Source of the DNA: Eledone cirrhosa
Taxonomy: Eukaryota
Direction: 5' to 3'
Length of the DNA: 64,000 bases
Assembly: GCA_964016885.1 (NCBI GenBank)
Contig: OZ024752.1
Location: forward strand, 43,462,001 to 43,526,000
The notes under the pieces are model-generated. The model saw nothing but the letters and a program-made list of their open reading frames with translations, searched no databases and was not told the origin of the DNA. Shown here one piece after another: positions 1-13,500 of this stretch; the stretch's first letter is position 1; each line of letters starts with the position of its first letter. Both the position numbers and the translations under genes were made by a program.

Positions 1-524
1 ACTTTAAATGGTAACAATGTCAAAAACATTAAGTTATGTTCCAAAAGGAAATTTAATTATATTACTAAATTCCTGTCTCAAATAATTGATTTTCAAAATT
101 ATTTAAAACAATAAACAATGGCTTTTCATTAAAAATAGGGTAAATATTTATGTAAGAACCTTTGTTGAGTTATATTCTATATACTAATTAATTTAATGAA
201 TCCCTTTAAGTTCTTCTTCATTTTAAAAATGATTTGAACATCAGGGTCTTTGAATAGAAATAAGCTAACAAAAGGTTCAAATATTTTCCCAAGATCTTTT
301 ACCTTTAAGTTAGACCACATTGAAAAAGTAACATTATTAAATCCTCCAAATTCTTGATTATTTTCAAATAATCTTTCCATTAAAAATATGAGAAAAGATA
401 ACTAATATGCAGATATTTTCATTGTTTAAGTAGTAAGGAAATAAGTTTATGAAAACAAACCTTCACTATAGAATCCATAAATTTGAACAACTTCTGTTCG
501 TCTTTCCATCATGAACTAGAATTA

Positions 525-1012
525 ACGGAGGAAGGAAGGGGTGATGACATCACAAACTATAGATGACGTTACACACTAGAGATGACTGAGGAAGGAAGGA
601 GTGATGACGTTACACACTAGAGATGACTGAGGAAAGGGGTGATGACGCCACACACTAGAGATGACTGAGGAAGGAAGGGGTGATGACGTCACACACTAGA
701 GATGACTGAGGAAGGAAGGGGTGATGACGTTACTTGAGATGACTGAGGAAGGAAGGGGTGATGACGTTACACACTAGAGATGACTGAGGAAGGAAGGGGT
801 GATGACGTTACACACTAGAGATGACTGAGGAAGGAAGGGGTGATGACGTTACACACTAGAGATGACTGAGGAAAGAAGGGGTGATGACGTTACACACTAG
901 AGATGACTGAGGAAAGAAGGGGTGATGACGTCACACACTAGAGATGACTGAGGAAGGGAGGGGTGATGACGTCACACACTACAGACGACTGAGGAAAGGA
1001 AGGGGTGATGAC
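525..1012 (+). repeat. Minisatellite, about 42-bp unit, about 12 copies
   Basis: Unit GATGACTGAGGAAGGAAGGGGTGATGACGTYACACACTAGA repeated head-to-tail with small indels. Confidence 0.95.
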
Positions 1013-2805
1013 AAACTATAAAAAACAGCGTCTAACATTCACTACATTTGCGTGTATTTCTGCATGTTTATAATAATATACTCATACATGCCTCAGAATT
1101 TTGAATAAAAATATTCTAGTTAATAAAATAATAGTTCTTAATCTGTTGGTGTGAGGAAGTCTCTATTTCATATTTGAAATTATAATTTATTAGAAAAGTT
1201 CCAAGACAAGCTTGGTGAATTGATTAACTGAAACGCATCTTCTGAGGAATACATGGGCGAAAAAGAATGTTTAACTCTTTACTGACAGAAAAAGCAAAGA
1301 GATCTTAATTCTTATGATACCAAAGCTGCTTATTTTAAACCTGTAAGAATTTAGCAGAAAATAATCTAAAAAAATATATTAATTCAAATATCTATAGTAT
1401 CTTCACTAGTTGATGGATCGTTGTGGAAACCTGCAGCATTCTAAAGTAAAGATTTTTATTTTTAATGTGATGCAGTCATAGTGCTGTTTTGTAATTTTAA
1501 AGACTCACTTGCTAATGCAGTTTCATGTGGTATAGAAATTTGAATTAAATTTTTTGTAATTTATCTTAAAACCTTCCACCATTATTTTATGTAAGAAACT
1601 TTTAAGCTATGCTCAAAAGACCAACTTGATAATGAGAAATATATTTCATTTAAATTCCTTCAAATTCTTGATTATTTTCAAAATTTATTGAAAATAACAC
1701 AGTTTTTCATTACAAATATGGTAACAACATTTTATCATTCAAATGGACAATGAAGGACAATTATATTTCGTCTATCATTCTGCGATTCTCTAATTGTAGA
1801 ATACCTTATTTTTTCAAAACATATGATCACCTAGAACCAATTTGCAAACAACCTACTTAATCCACTTGATACCAAACTGCCTGAACCCAACCCTGGTTCG
1901 ACAATTAAAAAAAAAATTATTCACATTTCAGTTAACCCCTATCACCATAATTTTATGTAAAACTTTGATAAACCATGTTCCAAACATTAGCTTGATTCCA
2001 AACCATGTGAAGCCAACCCTGGATTTACAATACAAAAGTCTAAAAGTCTTCCATCATAATTTTAGGTAAAAACATTTGTTATGCTTCAAGTACCAGCATA
2101 ATAATAGGAAAGTTAGTTATATTGCTAAATCCATCAAAATTCAATTATGTTTAGAATTATTTGAAACAAATAGACAGTGTCTTTCATTGGAAATATGGTA
2201 ATGAAAGGGTCAATTGAGTAAAAGATTTTCTTTTGAAAAAAAAAAGAAAGTAATGAAAATATATTATTAAATTTCAGTGTTTGTTTCTTTTCATTAAAAT
2301 TTCCATATCTTATCAAATTATCAAGTTTGTTTGTTAAAAGAAAAAGGACCAACAATGTACTTCTTTGTATTAAAAAAAGGTTCCAGAGCACATTACTTTG
2401 TCAATCTAACCATCAGTTTTTCTTTTTTGTTTATATCAAACTTTTAAAACTAAAAACCTTTCACAAAAAAAAAGTTAAATAAATAAAGCTAAAAATATCA
2501 AAAATTTAATAAATAGAACAAATAGATATATAAAAAAAGCATTATATAACAAAGTAGTAAATTGATGTCAACTTATAGACACTGGGTTAAGTTGCATCAG
2601 CTGGAAGGAAGAGGGATGATTCAGGAGACCTAGGTGGTTAACCAGCCATCTAACAGCACAGGATACAGGGCACGCTACCAAGCATTTGATGACACACACC
2701 TCTAGCAGGTTGCAAACTTGTCTAGCCTGCAGCTGAAGTTTTAAACTGCCACATCAGCTTGTGCCGAACAGAATACCGTTGACCATTATTACAGTGCCAC
2801 TGTTG

Positions 2806-2832
2806 TCAAGACTTTAGAGATGAAAAGAAAGT
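2806..2832 (-). CDS. XPOT: XPOT terminal coding exon 26
   Basis: Pyrimidine tract plus CAG, then TFFSSLKS-TGA, resembling the xFF C-terminus of orthologues. Short, so less certain. Confidence 0.75.
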   Translation of the reverse strand, partial: TFFSSLKS

Positions 2833-3686
2833 CTGAAAAGAAAATGTTAGAAATAATGTAATTCATATTAAATGACTGCAATATGTACCAAAAGAGTGTA
2901 CTATGTACTAAAAGAGTGTGCTATATAATAAAACATTGTTCTATGTGTTAATATAATGTAATGTGTGTTAAATTATGCAATATATATTTAACCCCTTAGC
3001 ATTTAAACCGGCTGTATCTGGCCAGAATTCTGATGTTAAGGTATTGTTCTCAAAATAAATATCAAAATCTCAGATTTGATATTATGTGAGATAATTATGT
3101 AAGATAAAGCCTTTACCACGAAAATACAATAGTAAATATAAAGTAATGTAAATGTTAAAGGGTTATGCCAATCACTAAGTATTTCAGGTGACCATTCTCA
3201 ATGCCAATACAGCAACTGGCGCATGACATATATCCCATTCACTCTCAATCTTGAATTCTACATAAACATAGTTGAGGTTAAAATCTGCAGGAGTTATAAA
3301 CAAATCATTTAAAAAAAAACATTATACTGATAGTTTTGTAAGCCATGTCAGAAAAGTTTCAATGATATTAGACATTTGAAACACCAACACCTGCTGAAGA
3401 TATTTTGAAACTAAAGCAAAAACTTTTATATAAAAAATAGGAGTGAGTGGTATCATGAGTGCTCCGGACCCAAGATAAAACAGATTTTATAAATATAATT
3501 TACCCTGCAGGATCTCATGTGGTGAAAACACACCGTTAAACAGGTAATATGGAAAAGAATAAATGACGACATGAGCCCCTTCCAAATATTTATGACAAGT
3601 AACTTCTAAATGGTCTTTTTTGAAGAGCGGACGCATTATGATCCTAATTTTTAGTTAGTTGTAAGTATTCATATTCAATTTGTTTT

Positions 3687-3723
<37 letters not shown>

Positions 3724-4084
3724 TTTTATAAAAAAAAAATCAAATACATATCATCATCATCACCGTTTTACGTCCGTTCTTCCACGCTAGCATGGGTTAG
3801 ACGGGTTGTCCTGTTGTGTGCAGTGTCTGGTCGGCTGACCATGCCTTGCTCATACAGGAACTGATCTGGCTTGATTTCTACAGCTGGATGCCCTTCCTAA
3901 CACCAACCTCATTTACAGTGAGTGCTGGGTGCTTTTTCGTGGCGCCTACACGTCCACTTTACAGTGTGGGCTGGGTGCTTTTTTGCCGTGGCACCTCCAC
4001 GACCACCTTGCGGGGGGGAGGGGGGAGGGGGGGGGGGGCATATTGTTTATATGCTTCAGCATGTACCCATGGGAGGTCGGGTAC

Positions 4085-4137
<53 letters not shown>

Positions 4138-7100
4138 TACAAAATTTCATATTGTAATATTAGAAAATATACTTTATATTCTTAAGCAAACAAAATTATT
4201 TTACATCTTAAACAGCATTTATTCTAATGCTGCCATGTTAATTTGCTGATCCTCTTCATGATATACTACTGAATCATAGTAATGCAGTTTATGCTACAAA
4301 CCTTCATGTGCTACTGTTCTGGGGTCAGTTAATAGTTAACTATATCGTTTTCAACAGATGGGGTTTCCCAACACAGAGCCTGACATTAGATGCAGCTTAA
4401 CCCTTTAGCGTTCAAAGCGACAAAAACCGACAAAACTATGTCCCCTTTCATTTATTCAAACCGACAAAAACCGACATTTCAGACCACTCGTAGATCTCCT
4501 TCTAAAAATAAACATTGACATCATCAAAATCTCGTCAATTCGAGATTACAGCGAGATAAAGCCCTTACGCGCGAAAATTAACTCTTAGTATAGTTAAAGA
4601 CCTTGTGATAACACGTGTTTTTAACTTTGAAATTGTAACATGGCTTCCGAAAGCAGCGACAACGATTTTGAAGGTTTTACATCCTACGACATTCAAGATA
4701 AAAAAGAAACAGAAGATAATATCAGTGATTTATCTTCAAATGAATCAGATATATTTATTTCTGATATATCTGATGATGATGATAGTCACTTTGAAAGTGA
4801 AAGCGAAGAGATATCTGACACCATTGAAAAAACACCAACGTGGTTGAAAGAAACAACACTGATACATGTTTCGGATTTTAATGAAAATTCTGGACCACAA
4901 CACACATTACCACCCGATGCTAAAGCTCTGGATTATTTTTTTAAATTTCTACCACAAACTTTCTTCGAAGTTGTGGCAGAAGAGACAAATCGCTATGCAC
5001 AACAACAGATTTCTAATCGAGCAAAACCCGATCTTTTATGGCGTCCGACAGATTCTGCCGAAATGAAAGCGTTTTTTACCATAAACATTGTTTGATATTA
5101 AACAATTTCCACGACTGTGGAATTATTGGAGTACTGATATAAGGTTTGGTGACCCTTATATATCTAGTATTATGGCCAAAACGAGATTTATAAAATTAAA
5201 CCAGTATTTGCATCTGGTTGATACTACAAATGCCCCTGGTAGAAATGAATCGAATTACGACCCACTGTACAAAGTACGACCATTAATTGAAAAGTTGACG
5301 GAAAAATTTAAAAGTATGTATTTACCTGGAAAAAATCTTAGTGTTGATGAAGCTATGATTGGGTATAAGGGTAGGGTTCATTTCAGACAGTATATGCCAG
5401 CTAAACCCACCAAATGGGGCATCAAAGTGTGGGAACTGTGTGAATCGGACATGGGATACTGTGTAAACTTTGATGTTTACACAGGAAAAAAACTTAACGG
5501 AGAGAGAAAGCACGGGTTGGGTTACGATGTTGTGTGGTCGCTGACTCAACCCTTTCACTTTCAACACAGACACATTTATTATGACCGTTTTTTTTCTTCG
5601 GTGCTTTTAGCAGAGGATCTTGCCCTTGTAAATACGTACACCTGCGGCACAATAATGAGCAATCGGAAAGGGCTACCCCAAGAAATAAAAGTTGCGAAAC
5701 TAAAAAACAGAGGAGACATTCTCCAAATGCAAAAAGAGAACATGTTAGCCACAGTGTTCAAAGACAAACGGCAAATTTTGTTCCTGAGTTCTAACCAACA
5801 ACCAGGTGTTGGGGCTGAGGGTAGACCTTTAGTTAACCTCTCCTACAATAAATATATGGGTGGGGTTGACAAATCCGACCAATATTGCGCGTATTACCCA
5901 GTTGGACGCCCTGGAAAGAAATGGTGGAGATACATCTTGTGGTTTTTAGTGAATTTAACCATTGTGAATTCTTATATTGTATTTACTAAAAGCCACAAGG
6001 ATCCGCCACCACCAAAGGACTACTGCCACATGAAATTTCGCGTGGACATTGCATCCCAGCTACGTGGGGGATATACTTCTCGCAAACACAAAGCTGGGAA
6101 AAAATCAAAATTAGCAGTGGTCCACAAAGAAAATATTGATTTTCATAAAGTGGAGAGAATTGATGGTAGGAGGAAGGTTTGCCGATTGTGCTCTTTGCAA
6201 AAGAGAAAAACTGTTAAAGGTTACGCAATCCAAACCCTATTTATGTGTTCCTTTTGCAAAGTGCCCTTATGTAAAGGGTGCTTTGGGCAGTATCACGATA
6301 GAAATATTGTCTGACAATATTGAAAACAATATTTTAAAAATATATTAGCACACATATACAAAAACACCTGCATTCACCTGTGACACACCTGTTAATGAAC
6401 TTATATATTGGGAACATTCTGTTACGTAATTTTACACCGTACATTGTGTAAGAGTACATTGCCAATATTATTTTGACTGGTGAAAAGGTTTTATACATTT
6501 TTTTCAATGAAAATATTTGCCTGGAATGTAGAGAAAGACTAAAACATTGTACTGATTACACCTGCATTTTTAATTAATTCACCTGTTCGGAAAACTGCTA
6601 GAATTGATGGAAATCAGCATCTAGATCATTATTGGATTTTTTTGCAACAAATCTAACAGGTAAGGCAGATAAAGTTTAAATTTTTGTGTTTATCCATAAA
6701 GTTATTACTTTTACACCTGTTAATTAATTTTACCTGCCCATAGAAGTCAAATTTAACAAAAAAAAATCAGGTAAAAATATATAATTGTAAATTATAGTTC
6801 TTTAAACGTCTACTGACAAAATTTCAAGTCTGCACATAGAAAATTAAAGTAATTAGAAACAAATAAAATTGATAACCCTCTTGAGTATAATTAAGTGAAA
6901 ATAATGCGAATAGATGAACATGACATTTGACAATTCAATGTGAATGCTAAAGGGTTAAAGTTAATTGATAAAATTGAATTGGGAAGAATCTAATATAAAT
7001 AGAAGTGTTTATTAGAAAATGTTTTAAATACTCTTTTCATGCACAAATCAATTATTTTATTTCGGATTTTGGATTTATAAAGGGAAATATGTCACAGAGT

Positions 7101-7497
7101 TAATATAATAAAGTTCCAAATTTTTGTGAGTACCTACCTTTAAAAATTGTTTAAAAGATTTTATGTCCATCACATAGGCTTGGCAGAATTGCTGGAAGAA
7201 GAAATTTATATATATAATAAATGTAGTTAACTAAATTTTAAAATATAGGATCACAAATAAACTGCAACATTGTAGATATAAAACAGAAAGTGATCATTTA
7301 ACAATGTTGTAAAATAAACTCACTTGGGTTAGATCTGGAGAAAGTTGAAGCTTGGGAAAATATTCATTCTGTAAATAGTTTATCACTTCATCACCCTGAA
7401 CATAGAAAAAGAAAAATGATTACATATAACATTATACTGATGCAAGCATACAGACACATTATTGTGGTAAGAAACTCACCAGGGGAACTGGACAGCA

Positions 7498-7569
<72 letters not shown>

Positions 7570-10500
7570 GGAATATTTTAACCCTTTTTATGTTAACATA
7601 TCTGACTAATATACAATCTCTGATGTAGAAAGTAATTAACCCTTTAGCATTTAAACCGGTCATAATTCTCTCAACTCTTTCTGTTCATACCAGCTGTAAC
7701 CAGCTGCACATACTTATGTTAAGGTATTGTTCTAAAAATAAATAAGATCAAAATCTCGTAGATTTGATATCATGTGAGATAAAGTGTTTACTGTGAAAAT
7801 ACAATAGTAAATATAGAGTAATGTAAATACTAAAGGGATAAAGGAGTGTACATGACTTGTTTTTTTTCTTTCTTACTAATTTTTGTTATAGTCCATTTAC
7901 TTTGTTGATTGTATATATATGCATTTCAAACAGACACTATTTCTCCATTTCAAAAGAAGAAAAAATTGACACTTGAACCAATTCTTCCTGAACATTATTA
8001 GCAGACTGACATTTGAATGATACAAGATTCATTCTCTAAATGGGTTTTATACACTGATTCAAGATTAACATTTGACTCTTATAAATCAGATTATACGTAT
8101 CAAACATACCATAAATTTCATGCTATAAATTGTATCTTACTTTTTTCAACGTTATTCTAAAACTTACCCTTTTATCCAGAATACATTTCAAACACTGAGC
8201 ACTCTCTCCCAAAGCCTGAAACAGAAAATACAAATATCAAATATACACATTTCAAAAGTCCTTAAACCATCATCTAAGAACATGTTCCACGGGTAGGTCA
8301 GAGTGTCAAAGAGAAAAACAAGTTTTGGTACGCAATAGAGATGATTGAAAACATGAAAGAGAAGAAAGCTATTGTGATAGGAGCAAATTTGAATGGACAT
8401 GTAGAAAGGAATATGGATGGTTTTGAGGGAGTCAATGGGTAGGTGTGTTGTCCATTACCTGATGGTACAAAGGTGAGATAGGAAGGATCTTTGTGATACA
8501 AAGGGGAGGGGGTTGTTATACAGCACCAACTGGTTGTCTGTGACCTGAGGGTGAAAGGTGGTAAGAGAGTTGAGCAGAAGAAATATCAATCAAAGTTGAA
8601 GATGTAGAGGTTAAACGAAGCAAAAGTGAAGGAAGTGTGAGAAGAGAAATTGACTATGTTAGAAATGATATAAATAAACTTGAGAGTGCTTGCAAGTTTT
8701 GAAAGATGGTTTGTTTAGGATTGCTGGTGATGTGTATGGATGGATAAAAAGACAACCAAGACACCTGAAAACATAGTGGAGGAATGATGATGTTGGAAAG
8801 ATAATTGATGAGAAAGGGGGGGAAGATTCAGAGAATGAGAGAAAGCAAGGTATATGGCAGCAGAAGAGGCAGCTTGCCAGGGCTACAAGGCAGATAAGAA
8901 GTAGCAAGAGTACATAGAAGAATGGTTAGAGAACAAATGGATTCAAAGCAGTGTTACTAAGTGATAGATGTGATGTGACAAAGATAAAGTGGGAGAAATT
9001 GTAGACTCAGATGGAATTAAGGAAAAGTGGAAGTGATATGGAAACAGAGAGCAATTGAGTTCTTGGAGATTGCTGAGGAAGAAGTTGAAGAAGCATTCAG
9101 AAAGATGAAGAGTGAAAGAGCTGACAGGAATTGTGTGAAATATGTAAATGGCAGTGTAAATTTGGGGTGTGAAGAAGATGACGACTGTATCCCAGTGGAT
9201 TGGGAGTTGAATATGTTCATCCATCTGTACAAGGGGAAAGTTGGTCCTCTACACTGAGGCTCGTACAAAGCAATTAAGCTATTGGAACATAGAATGAAAT
9301 GATTGGAAAGTGTTTAGAGAAGAGAGTAAGAGAAATGGTGAAGATTGATGAACTGTAGTTTGTATTTCTAATGTGAAAAAAAGAAACTAGATACATTTAT
9401 AGGAATAAAGGGATGACAAGAGGAAGGAATTAATTTTGGAATTTGATGATATGGAGAAAGCTTTCATTATAGTTCTTCATGAAGTAGTTACATGGGCATT
9501 GATAGAGTTGGGGGTGAAAAATGGTTAGTGATGACAATGTATGTGAAAGCATGTACAGTAGTAAGGACGAAAAACAAGATCAGTGATGTTTTTAAAGTGA
9601 AGGTTTGAGTACATCAAGCATTAGTATTAAGCCCATTGTAACAATATCTAAAGTGAGATGAGTATGAAAGAAGTTCTGGGAACTGAGTGGTGAGTGAATA
9701 AAGAGTGGGGGTGGGGGTAAAGAAACTGAAAGGAAAAGTTTGATGTATGTGTGAGAAGTACTAATTTAAACAACATAGAAAGCTTGAAAGAAAGGAAATG
9801 AGAATAGCATCGCTCAGTTGAAGATCAAGAAAGACATGGCTAAAGATTGAGGAAATAAAAGCGTGGAGGGTTGGTTTGAGGGTATAGACGATAATGAAAA
9901 ATGGAGAAGCTTGTCATGGGGTTTGCATGGCTAACTTCTGCATAAGCAGGGAAGATGGCCTGAAAACACTTGCTTCTTAATCCCTAAAACCGTAATACTT
10001 TTGATAGCAATCCAGCCAAAACTGAATGAATAAGATTGCATAAGGTAGATGAGAAGCTGTAGAGAATGCAGTCCAGTCTTAGAGAACAATTATTCCAAAC
10101 TGAAAGTGATACACAGACGACTTCTCTAGTTCTGGTAGCATAAAATGGATCCAGTTTACACTGTAAAATGGCTTGTGATAGGAAGGGCAGCCAGCGAAAA
10201 AAAGCCTGACAAACACAGAATTAAAAATAATTGCATATATAAGGCTAACATTAAGCATATAAGTGCAGCAGATGGAAGTGTTGTGGCTAGCCTAGCCAAG
10301 TGAGAGAGAAACCCCTTCAACTTCAAGTGATTACACGTTCCTTTTCAGGTAGAGAAGGCTATTACCAAAATACAACCCAACCACCAAGAGATTTTTCCCA
10401 TATTATAAAGGAACCCCAACCCAGGGCTGCCACACCAAAAGGTAGACCAAGTGAAATTATGGAGATGAGTAGATGTCTGCTGTGTGCTAAAGAAGAGATA

Positions 10501-13500
10501 ATAGGATGCATGACCAGGTTCTTCTGGGTGGGGCAGGTGGAGTAAGCATTTTACTAGCTAAGAAGTGGATAGACAAAATAATTGAGGTAGTTAGAATAAA
10601 TGACACGGGTTCTATTCCTATTTAAGAATAACCATAGGCAATAGAATGACACCTCCATGTATGCACCACAATTGTTGCAAACATTTGGACCAGGTCTCCA
10701 GTTTAACCCTTTAGCTTTTACCTTATGTATACTATTGTATTTTTGTCGTAAAGGCTGTATATCACACAACATTGAATCTGAGATTTTGATGATGATATTA
10801 TTTATTTGGAGAACAATACCATAACATCGGTATGAGTGGCTAGTTATGGCCAGTTTGAACAGAAAGAGGTGAGAGAATTCTGGCCGGATTCAGCTGGTTT
10901 AAATGGTTAACCCTTTGGTGTTCAAACCGCCCGAAATTATTTCCTCTTCATTTGTTCAAACCCTCCGAAATCGCCACACTAAAAAATCGTTCTAAAAATA
11001 AACAAACCATCATCAAAATCTCGTCAATTCGAGATTACTGCGAGATTATGCTCTTACCGCGAAAATCAACATTTAATATAGTGAAACAACTTAAAACAAG
11101 TGTTTTTTTTAACTTTGAAATTAGAACAGATTTTTTGTCTATCAACATGGCTTGTGAAAGCAGCGATACGACTTTCAAGGTTTTACACATGATGGCATTC
11201 AGAATAAACAAGAAACAAACGATAATATTAGTGATTTATCTTCAAATGAATCTGATGTTTATATTTCTGAAATTTCGTCCGACGATGATTGTTTTGAAAG
11301 TGAAAACAGGACATCATTGAAAATATTACAGCAACATCGTTGAAAAATACCACACTAACATATATTCCCCATTTTATTCAAAATACTGGTCCACAGCACA
11401 CATTAGCTCCCAATGCTAAAGCACTGGATTATTTCTTTTTGTTTTTACCACAAACTTTCTTCGAAGTTGTGGCAGAAGAGATTAATCGATATGCCCAACA
11501 GATTTCAAATCGAGGAAAACCCGATCTGTTTGGCGACCGACAGATGCTGCGGAAATGCAAGCATTTTTACCGTAAATATTATGTTCGGTATAAAACAATT
11601 ACCAAGACTGGAATTACCGGAACACTGATATAAAGTTTAGTGATCCTTATATATCAAGTATTATGCCGAAAACAACGTATTTAAAATTAAACCAGTATTT
11701 GCACCTGGTTGATACTTCAAATGCCCCTATTAATTAATTTCACCTGCCCAAATTTTTACCAAAAAAAAAAAAAAAAAAAAAAAATCAGGTAAAATTATAT
11801 AATTGTAAATTATTGATATTTAAACATCTACTGGCAAAATTTCAAGCCTGCACATAGAAAATTAAGAAAGTTACAAACAAATAAAATTGATAACCCCCTT
11901 GAGTATGATTAACTCAAAATAATTGTTTCTACTTTTGGCACAATAACTCAAAATAATGCGAACAGATAAGCATGACGTTTGAAAATTAATGAGAATGCTA
12001 AAGGGTTAAGGATGCATTCCTTCCTCCTACCAGTCTTCGAAGCCCTGAAAGTAATCATGGGCACTGATTTTTCTCTGTCTAAAAATGTTAAGCATGCCTC
12101 AAGTCTGAAGCCTCATCAGACTGGTGTTTATCCCGGTTTCACTGTTGTTGAGAAAAGTACATTGCAGGTTTAATTCTCCAGCTGCTGCTGGTAATCATTT
12201 TCAGCTGAGTGAAATAGGACCAATGTGAAATGAAGTGTTTTTCTCAAGAACACAATGTGCTATACAATCCAGGAATCAAACCCACAATATTATATTTGTG
12301 AGCCCAACACCCCTCTCTGATTACATAGTAAAAACAAATTTAAAGTTGAATAAAATAAAATGAGGCTTACAATAACAGTTTGAGCATCATTCAAATCAAA
12401 AGCTGGTTTCATAGGAGTTAAGATACAAGCAGGTACAACACTTTGGTAAACAAATTCCTCAAATCCAACCAGCCCATTTTCCCCACCTGGAAGAAAGAAA
12501 AATAAAGGAAAATCTATTAACTAAATGTTCTTCAAAATAATTATTTTCAAAGTCCTAAAAAAGATTCATTTTGATAATTTCCAAATTATGTTTCTCAAAT
12601 CATCAGTTTTAATCTTAGCAAATACAATTGGTTCTATCATACTAAGCTGCTTTATTTAAAGTGTTTATATTTATCTCAAAACTTATCACCTAATTCTATG
12701 TAAGAAGCTGTTACAAACATCAAATAACGAAAAGGTTGATTATGTTACTAAATCCCTCCAAATTCCTGATTTGTGGAATTATAACCAATTGAGCTACATA
12801 CCACTATTGGTCAATAACCACCCCTCTTCCGTATACCAATGCCACTGGGATAACATGATATGTAGATAAAACTGGATTGTGGATCGATTCTTCCTTGGAC
12901 TAACACTGCCTTGCCTACCTCCATTCTGCCACACATCTGCATTGGTTTCATTTTGGGGCCCTCTTCATCAACCAGTACCTTTCTTAATAAGTGCATCTGC
13001 GTGTGTAAGCAACACAAATGGAGCCATGGTAAACACATACTGGTTCCCTTGACATGCCTAGTTTCCTATCTGGAACCTGATGGTCTTGGCCATGGAGCCA
13101 GTTAAGTATCCAGACAGTATAACCCTTCTCTCATTTAAAGGAGGTAAATCTCTAAAAGCCCAAGAACTGCCATCGGTAATGCAAGGAATCAAAAGATATT
13201 CAAATAGTGACTGACTGCCTCCTTTTCATGTTGGTCACCATTTATACCTTTGTTTTCCTTAGTTCCCCAACAACTGTTTTTTTTTCTGAAAATATATAAA
13301 GCATGTATTCTGCCTCAGGATGGAATCCTCTGCTGCAATGCTTTTGCCATCATGTCCATGGAGCACAATTGATATATATTACCTATCAGTTTTTATTTTC
13401 CTTGGAGATTGTAACATGCTAAATTCTCACAAATTCTTCATCATCGATCAACTGCAGTAACAGACAGCTTTCATAATCAATTGAGTGCCAATGGTTAGGT

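Noticed and set aside
525-1012. Array as CRISPR or as a tandem C/D-box snoRNA cluster (GTGATGA...CTGA in each unit)
   Set aside because: There are no unique spacers or cas genes and the context is eukaryotic. The C-to-D distance is only about 19 nt with no terminal stem, and the unit traces to a transposon-like element.
3816-4249. Repeated short ORFs ([12 protein letters not shown]..., also 23321-23604, 49157-49468, 63100-63358) as a gene family
   Set aside because: They are antisense readings of the RTE 3' UTR, some running into TA repeats, with frames differing among copies.
5080-5100. Programmed ribosomal frameshift between the two transposase ORFs
   Set aside because: The sister copy has the extra AT that keeps the frame, so this is a 2-bp deletion or sequence error.
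4401-7191. XPOT-transposase fusion like CSB-PGBD3
   Set aside because: The transposase is antisense to XPOT, so splicing cannot fuse them.
12100-12141. Minus-strand GAAAC...CTGATGAG as a hammerhead ribozyme (also 55168-55208)
   Set aside because: Stems I-III cannot be closed around the cores. It is the 3' tail of a SINE family.
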